Virus record (IMG/VR): IMGVR_UViG_3300048599_000841
Location: 1 to 53,461 of that record
Direction: 5' to 3' (one strand)
Source of the DNA: a virus
Lineage: Duplodnaviria; Caudoviricetes
Length of the DNA: 53,461 bases
The notes under the pieces were generated by a model that saw only the letters and a list, made by a program, of their open reading frames with translations, did no database searches and was not told where the DNA came from. Below, piece after piece: positions 29,323 to 36,884 of the stretch. Position 1 is the stretch's first letter. Every line of letters starts with the position of its first letter. Position numbers and translations under genes: made by a program.

Positions 29323-29382
29323 TCCCGCCTGATGAGGGCCGGCGGCTCCGGTCCGAAACGTGACACACATCGCGGGAAGCCA
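29323..29382 (+). ncRNA. Type I hammerhead ribozyme B (canonical core)
   Basis: Stem I UCCCGC/GCGGGA; core CUGAUGA; stem II GGGCCGG-cggcu-CCGGUCC; GAAA; short stem III with one C-A mismatch; AUC site, predicted cut after 29371; loop II pairs with downstream AGCC. Confidence 0.8.
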
Positions 29383-29412
29383 CGCAACTTCCAAATCAGA
29401 AGGAGGTACACC

Positions 29413-29559
29413 ATGAAGAAGTTTGCAATCGGAATCCTTATCGGCCTGATCCTCGGTGCGGTGACAGCCGGAACAACGCTCATGTACAACGCACAGGTCA
29501 GGGGCACCGACAACGGCTACACCATCACGGTCTTTGGTCAGGACTTTGAATACAGGTGA
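29413..29559 (+). CDS. 48-aa small membrane or secreted protein
   Basis: RBS AAGGAGGT; MKKFAIGILIGLILGAVTAG hydrophobic N-terminus. Confidence 0.75.
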   Translation: MKKFAIGILIGLILGAVTAGTTLMYNAQVRGTDNGYTITVFGQDFEYR

Positions 29560-29625
29560 CGCTCGCCCGACGAGCGCCGGGTCGCTCCCAACCGAAACGC
29601 TCCGAAATCAAGGAGCGTCGCGGCG
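29560..29625 (+). ncRNA. Hammerhead-like copy C (stem II damaged)
   Basis: CCGACGA core at 29567-29573; GAAAC; perfect stem III ACGCUCC/GGAGCGU; GUC at 29617-29619; stem II 3' strand is CCCAAC where copy E has CCCGGC. Confidence 0.65.
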
Positions 29626-29678
29626 GGGGCAGACCTTCCGCAAGCGGAAGCTTCCGAATCAAATGCAGGAGGTTCACC

Positions 29679-30062
29679 ATGAATTTCTTCGAACAGCAGC
29701 TTCGCGGCCTTACCGGCAAGACCACCGCTTTCAAATCAGCCAGCCCGGTCTTCATCGGCAGAGCCTGCTTCCTCACACTGAGCGAAGGCCGCAGGGCGCG
29801 GTTGGAGTTCATCACCCTCGGCACGGCCGACCAATACGAAGCCCTGCAGGTCAGCGTCATCAACCTGAACGACGGTAAAATCGACTGCATCCAGTTGCGC
29901 TTTTCCGATTACTTCGCGCCCAAGCGGACAGTTAGCGGCGATGCGCGCGCGCCTCACATCTGGGTGTACCAAGGCAAAGCCGAGTGGTACGGCGAACCGG
30001 CCGAAACCGAGAAGGCCGCGCTTTCAAAAGCTGCCAGCGACTACGTCAAGCTCTTCGCCTAA
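29679..30062 (+). CDS. Hypothetical protein (127 aa)
   Basis: RBS AGGAGG; MNFFEQQL start. Confidence 0.8.
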   Translation: MNFFEQQLRGLTGKTTAFKSASPVFIGRACFLTLSEGRRARLEFITLGTADQYEALQVSVINLNDGKIDCIQLRFSDYFAPKRTVSGDARAPHIWVYQGKAEWYGEPAETEKAALSKAASDYVKLFA

Positions 30063-30090
30063 CGCTTTCAAATCAAGAGGAGGATTTCTC

Positions 30091-30420
30091 ATGAAACGGC
30101 AATTCGCGGTTCGTCTACTCGTAAATGCCTACGCCACTGTAGAAGCCGACACACCCGAAGAGGCTGCGGAGCTCGCTCGATCTCTGAACTTGAGCACCTG
30201 CGCCTTCGACGACTACATCGACTCGTCGGATGTCACGGTGGGCGATGAACTCACACCCGCCAAACGCGCCGGGCCGCGCCTTGCCGAAACGCTCCTGAAT
30301 CAAGGGGCGTCGCGGGAAGCTGAAACGCTGGCGAAAGCATCCAGATCAATCAAAGGAGGCACACCCCATGAACGATCAAGCGAGACAGGAGCTTCGGGAG
30401 CATCTGGCCATCCTGCGTAA
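30091..30420 (+). CDS. Hypothetical protein (VEADTPEEA.ELA motif), probably C-terminally extended by loss of a stop at 30262
   Basis: RBS GAGGAGG; reads through hammerhead-like copy D and overlaps the next gene. Confidence 0.65.
   Translation: MKRQFAVRLLVNAYATVEADTPEEAAELARSLNLSTCAFDDYIDSSDVTVGDELTPAKRAGPRLAETLLNQGASREAETLAKASRSIKGGTPHERSSETGASGASGHPA
30256..30316 (+). ncRNA. Degenerate hammerhead-like copy D
   Basis: Stem I CCCGC/GCGGG, GAAAC, stem III and GUC (30309-30311) retained; core is CAAACGC and stem II is weakened. Confidence 0.55.
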
Positions 30421-30622
30421 AAGCCCCGTCAACTACCGCACGTATCTCATCGAAATGGGCATCGTCACCGGCATGCTCGCCGCCGTCAACGCGCTCACCG
30501 GCAGCGCCTGGACGCTGGTGGAATCGGAATGCCTGCAGGAGCATTACGCCCACAACGAGGCGACCGGCGAACACATCGCGGCCACCAAATGGCTTGAGGA
30601 TCAAGGAGGCGAACGCAAATGA
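30368..30622 (+). CDS. Hypothetical protein (84 aa)
   Basis: RBS AAAGGAGG. Confidence 0.75.
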   Translation: MNDQARQELREHLAILRKSPVNYRTYLIEMGIVTGMLAAVNALTGSAWTLVESECLQEHYAHNEATGEHIAATKWLEDQGGERK

Positions 30623-30822
30623 AGATCACGACCCTTTCCCAATGCATGGACATTCTCGACTGGTTCGACGACCCGCTCTACGAGTACCTGAATCATATCC
30701 TGCTCTCCAAGCTGGACGGTGAAGCGCGCGTCACACGGGCGCTGCCCGACATCATCGGCCACGCGGAGGCGCTGGTGCGCAGCACGCGGGCACAGAGGCC
30801 GCGTACCCCGTCGAACTCCTGA
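30619..30822 (+). CDS. Hypothetical protein (67 aa)
   Basis: RBS AAGGAGG; ATGA coupling with the upstream gene. Confidence 0.75.
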   Translation: MKITTLSQCMDILDWFDDPLYEYLNHILLSKLDGEARVTRALPDIIGHAEALVRSTRAQRPRTPSNS

Positions 30823-30826
30823 ATCA

Positions 30827-30888
30827 GCCCGCCAAACGCGCCGGGTCGCTCCCGGCCGAAACGCTCCGAAATCAAGGAGCGTCGCGGC
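30827..30888 (+). ncRNA. Degenerate hammerhead-like copy E
   Basis: Stem II GCCGGG-ucgcu-CCCGGC, GAAAC, perfect stem III, GUC at 30881-30883; core is CAAACGC; near-duplicate of copy C and its downstream hairpin. Confidence 0.6.
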
Positions 30889-30944
30889 GGGGGTGGACCT
30901 TCCGCAAGCGGAAGCTTTCAAATCAACCAAAGGAGGCAAGGCCT

Positions 30945-31184
30945 ATGCAAATCACGCAGGCGCCCATCCAGACCAAATCGCTGAAGGACGCACTCACTAA
31001 GGCGACGCACCTCGGCTTCAGCCAGGCGGAAACCGCTATCGGCACCCATCGGCCCATCGACGAATGGCTGAAGGAGCTTTCCGAATCAGGTGGCGGCTGC
31101 GGTGGCTACGCCCTTTTCGGTAGCGTCATCGTCCGCATCCGGGACGTATGGCAGCGGGACGCCGAGGTTGTCCACCCTGACTGA
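30945..31184 (+). CDS. Hypothetical protein (79 aa)
   Basis: RBS AAAGGAGG. Confidence 0.7.
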   Translation: MQITQAPIQTKSLKDALTKATHLGFSQAETAIGTHRPIDEWLKELSESGGGCGGYALFGSVIVRIRDVWQRDAEVVHPD

Positions 31185-31219
31185 TCCGCAGCTTTGAAAT
31201 CAAGGCGAGGAGGCACACC

Positions 31220-31405
31220 ATGAAAAAGGTCTTTTCTCTGGAGGGCGAGCGGATCACCCTCAAACGCGCCAAGGAGCTTCTTGGGGAAAAGCGCTACAAG
31301 AGGTTCGTCGGTCTCTCCAAGGCCATCTTCCTTACAGATCCGGTCGCGGAATACCGCTGCGCGACCAACGAAGGCATCCTGACCGTCTACTTCCGCATTG
31401 ATTGA
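31220..31405 (+). CDS. Hypothetical basic protein (61 aa)
   Basis: RBS GAGGAGG. Confidence 0.7.
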   Translation: MKKVFSLEGERITLKRAKELLGEKRYKRFVGLSKAIFLTDPVAEYRCATNEGILTVYFRID

Positions 31406-31449
31406 TGCCCACGCAACATTTACACTTTGAAATCAAGGAGGAACCCCCT

Positions 31450-31914
31450 ATGAAATACATCGCCTACGGCTCCAACATGAGCACCGGGCAAATGGAATAC
31501 CGCTGCCCGGATGCCAGGCTCGTCGATGTCGGCCGCATCCATGGCGCGCAGCTGGAGTTCTTCATCCATGCCACCGTAGAACTCTCCCAAATCAAGGACG
31601 CCTTCGTGCCCGTCGCGGTCTGGGAAATCTCCGAACGGGATGAGAAGCGTTTGGACAGGTACGAGGGCTTCCCCAACTACTACATTAAGGAGGAGTGGCC
31701 GGTCACCCTGGCGGATGGCTCTGACATCACCGGCATGATCTACCTCATGCGCACAAAGCGGGGCGATGTACCCGCCATGGGATACTACGAGGGCATCCGC
31801 TCCGCCTACGAGGATTTGGGGCTGCGTTCCGAAATCAAGTCGGCGCTGGAGTCCGCGCTGCGCAGGTCAATGTACCGACGGTTCCGGCTCGCAACCGGCC
31901 GCCGTGCCAAATGA
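31450..31914 (+). CDS. Gamma-glutamylcyclotransferase family protein
   Basis: Y.AYGSNM...QM..RCP and DE..LDRYEG.P..Y motifs; RBS AAGGAGG. Confidence 0.92.
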   Translation: MKYIAYGSNMSTGQMEYRCPDARLVDVGRIHGAQLEFFIHATVELSQIKDAFVPVAVWEISERDEKRLDRYEGFPNYYIKEEWPVTLADGSDITGMIYLMRTKRGDVPAMGYYEGIRSAYEDLGLRSEIKSALESALRRSMYRRFRLATGRRAK

Positions 31915-31934
31915 AAGAGCCGCTCAAGCAAGAA

Positions 31935-31956
31935 GCCGCCCTCGCAAAAGGGCGGC
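31935..31956. terminator. Hairpin between convergent genes, likely a bidirectional terminator
   Basis: GCCGCCCT-CGCAAA-AGGGCGGC with T-rich flanks on both strands. Confidence 0.6.
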
Positions 31957-32006
31957 CAGGATTTTCAGTTGCCTGAATTGGCCAAATAGAGTGATAACTT
32001 GTAGTG

Positions 32007-33116
32007 CTACCCAACCATCGCGACCGGCTTGTATTCACCGGTCACGAGATCGAACAACCAAAACTGTCCAATTCCTTCGGCTGCCTCGTCGAAGGCCTGC
32101 ATCAGTACGCTACCGTCATTCCTGATGCAATAACTCGCACTCAACTGATCCATCGCCTTCGGCCTTGGGTACTCCGTGGTCCCTGTGTCTTTTGTCCATG
32201 CCACTAGAGTTTCCTCATCCAGCTTAAGACCAAAGCGCATATTGGACGACACTCCGACATAATCGTCAACTGTTTCGTTCATCCAGCGCGCTATTCGTTT
32301 GTCTGCTACGCTGAAAAGTAGGCTGCTGTAGCTGGCGTCATTGTCAGACCAGTCCGGCATATCATAGACAACAAACCCACCGAGATTAACGCTGCCTACA
32401 AAGTATTTATGCTTGGGCTTAGGCAGTTTCATGATCGTTTCGCCGTTTCGCTTGACCGTATTGCCACTCAACGACCAGATGCCTTGAGCATCAACAAACG
32501 CCAGCACACCATCGATATCGCTCTTCTTCCAACCTGTATCCACATCATATCGCCAGTAATGGCCCTCTTTATTCCCGCTGTAGATAACAGCACGATCATC
32601 GATCAAGATACGCTTGAGTTGCTCAGCCTGTGGAGGCATGTCCGTGGTATACTCCTGTTTGGGAATCTGCTGCATTATTACGCCCTGCTTCGTGATTATC
32701 AAGAAACAGTTAAAGTCGCTTAATACGGCAGATTGTTCACCGGGAGAGATTCTGTGGACACACCAATTTATCGGATGTTCGAATGTCGCCACCTCAAGCT
32801 CTTGACCAGTATCAGACAGTACTACCAGACCATCCTCGCCATAGACAGCGATGTGCTGAATACCGATTAGTGGCAAGATGGATTCCGCTCGAAATGAGAG
32901 TTCATAATCCCACTTGCTAGTCATCTGTTGCCCTCGCATGGCGTACATTGACACGAACTGTTGCGTACCAATGTGTTTAATGACAAGCACATCTTCCTGA
33001 TCGTAAAGCGCAAAAGACTCGATTTCCGTCGTGGTTTCCGCTGTCCCCACACTCCATGGTAGTATAGGCAAAGCGACTACGGTCAGAAAGATGACCAGCG
33101 AGATACACTTCTTCAT
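32007..33116 (-). CDS. Secreted hypothetical protein (possible beta-propeller), lower-GC moron
   Basis: Signal peptide MKKCISLVIFLTVVALPILPW; visibly more AT-rich than the phage core. Confidence 0.75.
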   Translation of the reverse strand: MKKCISLVIFLTVVALPILPWSVGTAETTTEIESFALYDQEDVLVIKHIGTQQFVSMYAMRGQQMTSKWDYELSFRAESILPLIGIQHIAVYGEDGLVVLSDTGQELEVATFEHPINWCVHRISPGEQSAVLSDFNCFLIITKQGVIMQQIPKQEYTTDMPPQAEQLKRILIDDRAVIYSGNKEGHYWRYDVDTGWKKSDIDGVLAFVDAQGIWSLSGNTVKRNGETIMKLPKPKHKYFVGSVNLGGFVVYDMPDWSDNDASYSSLLFSVADKRIARWMNETVDDYVGVSSNMRFGLKLDEETLVAWTKDTGTTEYPRPKAMDQLSASYCIRNDGSVLMQAFDEAAEGIGQFWLFDLVTGEYKPVAMVG

Positions 33117-34201
33117 TTTTTATACCCCGCAACCACATGCAAATATGTCTTTTGGCTCGGCTTTTCATCTAGCCAATACTGGCCATTGCTGGTGTGCTGA
33201 GCTATGCGGACACGTCCACTGGAACTGAAATAGAGGATAATCATGGCGTGATATGGGTTCATGACACCATCATCCGTTAGCTGAATAATGTCGCCAATCC
33301 CTACACCGGTGATGTCATCCACCTTTTCAATCTGCGGTCCATAGTGCTTGTTATATCGAACATACTTAATAAACTCTTTGTTTCTGATGAATGAAGACGA
33401 GTACTTATGCTTACTTTTCCAGCCCCATTTATAGTCACCATCAGTATCGTTTGGCATACCTCCACTTTTCAGGCATTGACAAACGAAATTCATACAATCT
33501 CCATCAGGAAAATACTCATATTTAGAGTTCGGGCTCATATACCATTCAATCGCATAATTTACAGCCGTTTCGCGCTTATACTTAACTTTGATGGCCTTTG
33601 CGACAGGCGCTTCACCATTCTCCTTTTCTTCGATACCACCAGAAAATGCTATCAGTTTTTCTCTTTCAATTCTATCTTCCATCGTCTGATCCAAATCCAG
33701 TTTCATGCGCTTTCGAACAAAATCCACGTCAATATCCGTCAGCTTTGATGTGTGTACCGCTTCGTCATAGACATCTTCCGCTCGCACGCCGGAGAAGTAA
33801 GCAAAAACGTCATCCTGCTGAATGTGCTGCTTGATGGAGAAACTGTCCTCCGAATTTTCCAAAATAAAGTAGTGACGTACCGAGCGTTCACACGGGTTGT
33901 CGTCAATTTGATGGAATAGCAGAGTGTAATCTGCAGCCATGGTAACATGCAATTCGTTTTCCACCGGAACGCAGTTTTCCATCGCCGCTGAATATCTGGT
34001 TATCTCATATTCCAGATCACCCATAGCTGAATTGTGAGCTATTATCGCTTGTGTTATAAGACTATCCGACAGGATCACGGACATGCCTGTATCCTTAATC
34101 ACTTTTTCGTTCTGATTACCAATAGCCACCAACTGTGAGTAGATATAGTCTGAGAGTTCCTTCTCCAAATTCGTGATGAAGCCGTCATTGGTGAGCGTCA
34201 T
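33113..34201 (-). CDS. Amidase_6-domain putative cell-wall amidase, lower-GC moron
   Basis: Y.R..AV.YA..W....N..Y, DC.NFVCQCL..GG, GDIIQ, HAMI and AQHT motifs; RBS AGGAGG. Confidence 0.8.
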   Translation of the reverse strand: MTLTNDGFITNLEKELSDYIYSQLVAIGNQNEKVIKDTGMSVILSDSLITQAIIAHNSAMGDLEYEITRYSAAMENCVPVENELHVTMAADYTLLFHQIDDNPCERSVRHYFILENSEDSFSIKQHIQQDDVFAYFSGVRAEDVYDEAVHTSKLTDIDVDFVRKRMKLDLDQTMEDRIEREKLIAFSGGIEEKENGEAPVAKAIKVKYKRETAVNYAIEWYMSPNSKYEYFPDGDCMNFVCQCLKSGGMPNDTDGDYKWGWKSKHKYSSSFIRNKEFIKYVRYNKHYGPQIEKVDDITGVGIGDIIQLTDDGVMNPYHAMIILYFSSSGRVRIAQHTSNGQYWLDEKPSQKTYLHVVAGYKK

Positions 34202-34587
34202 ATTGCTATACCTCCTGCTTATTGTCTCTTAAGGCCAATCCACGATATTGCCTATTGCATCAGAGCAAGCCCCATCTGTCTGACGGAATCGCGTGATTTG
34301 CTGCCTCTTCCCTTCACATCCTCTCTTCTACCTATATAGACAATTTGCACGAATAATTTGTAACTATTTTTATGTAAATGTTTGGTTAATCCCTTTGCGT
34401 GACAGATACGATCGTTAGTTGTTTGCGTTATCAGAAGCGTGTATAATTGCACGGCTGGGTCCAGACATAAAATCCCGGCGAGGGCGGCTTTCCTCGTCCG
34501 GTGCCGAGAACGGTGCTTTAAAATCACTCGCTCTTAGGCAAGAGAAAAGCGGCCCCCGCATCGAGGACCGCCGCTGCTCCAGATACC

Positions 34588-35118
34588 TTATCCACCCTGC
34601 TTGGAAATCAAATCGCCCGCGACCTCAATACCCTCCGCCGTGCTTTTGAATCGGACGACGATCTCGCCGTCTGCGGCCTTATAGCGCGCATGGAAGGGGG
34701 AATCCCAAAGCTCCGTGAGTCCCGGGCAGTTTTGCTTCGCCGCCTTCCGGTATTCATCGAAGTCCTCATATTCGTGCTCGTCCTGCCAGCGTTCGAACAG
34801 CGTGGTCAGGAACCGGATGTGTTCCTGGGCGATCCGCGCCCACAGTGCCTGCATGGTCAAGCCGGCCGTGTCTTCGGACGACACGTCCTCCTTGAAGCAT
34901 GCCCACTGGTTCAGGGGCAGCGGGTTCCGCATCATGGCGAGCATCGCCTCGGCGGTCCCACACTCATCACAGACAAACACATCCGCGCTGCGGCTCAAGG
35001 CATTTCGAACGGGTTCTTCGTTCATGGCATCCCGCCCGCAGCGCGGACAAGAGAGCCGCTCGCCCGCCAGTTGGCGCGCTTTTAAATCAAGCAGCCTTGC
35101 CTCCATGTCCGTGATCAC
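34588..35118 (-). CDS. Hypothetical protein with a zinc-ribbon
   Basis: CPRCG...NALSR....VCDECG..EAM. Confidence 0.75.
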   Translation of the reverse strand: MITDMEARLLDLKARQLAGERLSCPRCGRDAMNEEPVRNALSRSADVFVCDECGTAEAMLAMMRNPLPLNQWACFKEDVSSEDTAGLTMQALWARIAQEHIRFLTTLFERWQDEHEYEDFDEYRKAAKQNCPGLTELWDSPFHARYKAADGEIVVRFKSTAEGIEVAGDLISKQGG

Positions 35119-35450
35119 TCCGCATCCCCCTTCCTTGGCAGCTCGTGGGTGAGGAAGGCGTGATAGATCCTGCCGTCGTCCAGCACACCGCGCTTGTACA
35201 TCTCGATGGCCAGCGCGCCCCCTCGGGCATGACAGGCATGAAGGATATCATCCGTCTCCATCTCATCCCCGCCCAGCTTCTGAATCAAATCGCGATCCGC
35301 TTCTACCAACAGTGCCGCCGCTTGGGTAAACTCCGGATAGGCGTCCGAATTCGCCTTCGCCTCCCGCTCGAACCGGGTGCTCTGCCAGTCTGCGATATCG
35401 TCCGTGTATGCTCCGATCTCGTCAAAGATGTTCCGTTCCATTACGATCAC
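35115..35450 (-). CDS. Hypothetical protein
   Basis: RBS GGAGGTG; coupled to the next gene. Confidence 0.7.
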   Translation of the reverse strand: MIVMERNIFDEIGAYTDDIADWQSTRFEREAKANSDAYPEFTQAAALLVEADRDLIQKLGGDEMETDDILHACHARGGALAIEMYKRGVLDDGRIYHAFLTHELPRKGDAE

Positions 35451-35534
35451 CTCCGCTTTAGAATCATGGTGATATTACCGTAATGCCCGCCATATATCCA
35501 GCGACAAAACGGAGAACTCTCTGACCGAGAAACG

Positions 35535-35801
35535 TCACAGATCAGGAGGACGGGGAGCAGCCCGCGCCTCCCTGTCGATCGCCTCAAACAACGTCCGGCT
35601 GCTTTTGTCCGCGTAATACGCTTTGAACGTCTTGATCAGCGGTTTACAAGCCGGGCACACATATCGTCGTCCGGCAATGTAGTTCCAACTCCGCACTTCG
35701 CGCAGGCAAAAGAAACAGCACGGATAATACTCCGTGCCGTACTTGCCCTGCCCCATGCGAACATCATCTCGTTGGGCATCTGCCACGCCCATGTGGACCA
35801 C
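35535..35801 (-). CDS. Small zinc-finger protein
   Basis: CFFC...CPAC; RBS GGAGGTG. Confidence 0.6.
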   Translation of the reverse strand: MVHMGVADAQRDDVRMGQGKYGTEYYPCCFFCLREVRSWNYIAGRRYVCPACKPLIKTFKAYYADKSSRTLFEAIDREARAAPRPPDL

Positions 35802-35834
35802 CTCCCAAGGTGTCTACCCGCTCCAACTGTGTCC

Positions 35835-35886
35835 ATGATACCAATATGCACAGGTGGGGGGTGACATTCAATGACATTTCGTGACA
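35835..35886 (-). promoter_or_regulatory. Putative activator-dependent late promoter
   Basis: Three TGTCA direct repeats at 10-bp spacing (35862, 35872, 35882) upstream of an extended -10 TGGTATCAT, immediately after the ArpU/RinA-like gene. Confidence 0.65.
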
Positions 35887-35890
35887 GCTT

Positions 35891-36316
35891 TCAAGGGTTT
35901 CTCGAATCAACCGGCGGCAGCTGGATTTTTTGGAGCGCTTCCCCATGCAGCCGAAGCACCTGACGGGTACTATAGTTCATCATGGTCGCGATATCCTCCC
36001 AGCTTCGGTAGTTCAGATAATGCTGCTCCATCAGAAGTTCTTGCTCGGGATTCCGGAGCGCACGGATCGCCGCAATCACCGTGTGTTTCAAATCCACCAA
36101 GCGATCGATGTCTTCATTGATGGAGCACTCCATGTCGATGATCTTGACAATCACGCTCTCCATCCTTTGAAGGTTGGGCGAATCGCTCCTGGGCATATCG
36201 CTCATGGTAAACGTCGCCTTCGTCGCCGTGTCCCGCAGCCGCTCCGTAAGCGCGATCTTGCTGTCGATCCGCTGGTCAATCCACCGAACCTGACGGAGAT
36301 ACTCTTTCGCAGTCAT
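35891..36316 (-). CDS. ArpU/RinA-like (DUF1492) late transcriptional activator
   Basis: MTAKEYL.Q, IDRLVDLK and WEDIA..MNYS.RQV.RLHG.AL motifs. Confidence 0.88.
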   Translation of the reverse strand: MTAKEYLRQVRWIDQRIDSKIALTERLRDTATKATFTMSDMPRSDSPNLQRMESVIVKIIDMECSINEDIDRLVDLKHTVIAAIRALRNPEQELLMEQHYLNYRSWEDIATMMNYSTRQVLRLHGEALQKIQLPPVDSRNP

Positions 36317-36540
36317 ATGCACACCCCTTGCCACGGCATCCGGCCGCCGTGATACTTCTCAGCAATCTCCAGCTGCGTATCCTCCGGCAGCGAACACAGA
36401 CGTTCGTTGGCCGCGTTCAGGTCCCGCTTGAACTCCTGGACACGTTTATAGAACGGACATCCATATTGTCCGGGACAACCCTGCACGTTCAACGCGCCAC
36501 AGCCGCCGTCTTTTCTCCGTGCAAAACAACGACCCATCAC
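36313..36540 (-). CDS. Cys-rich hypothetical protein
   Basis: CFA....C.AL....C....CPFYK; coupled to neighbours. Confidence 0.7.
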   Translation of the reverse strand: MMGRCFARRKDGGCGALNVQGCPGQYGCPFYKRVQEFKRDLNAANERLCSLPEDTQLEIAEKYHGGRMPWQGVCI

Positions 36541-36875
36541 TGCAACACCTCCCGGCAGTCGGTGGAAAACCGGCGCACAGGCTTCCCCAATGTGATGGCC
36601 GCGGAAACTTCATGCGCCATCCCGACGGTCGGCTTCCCGAACGCCCACAGCTCGTCGCAGCGCTTCAACACCTCAATTCCCATATTCAGCCCCGCGCGCC
36701 GCTCGTCCGGATCGTCGTCGTCCAGGAATCGTGGGTACAACAGGTGCGGCGCGAAGGGTACCCCCTGCTGCTCATACACAAAGCGGCAGAACCTTTCGGC
36801 CTGCCGCACGTTGGCTTCCACAACTCCCCGATAAGGGGAGCAGACATAGACCAGCCGGTGCTTCGGTTCGTTCAT
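36537..36875 (-). CDS. DUF4406/DUF7768-like (nucleoside deoxyribosyltransferase-like fold) protein
   Basis: LVYVCSPYRG, APHLLYPRFLDD and CDELWAFG...GM..E motifs. Confidence 0.85.
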   Translation of the reverse strand: MNEPKHRLVYVCSPYRGVVEANVRQAERFCRFVYEQQGVPFAPHLLYPRFLDDDDPDERRAGLNMGIEVLKRCDELWAFGKPTVGMAHEVSAAITLGKPVRRFSTDCREVLQ

Positions 36876-36884
36876 ACGCGCACC

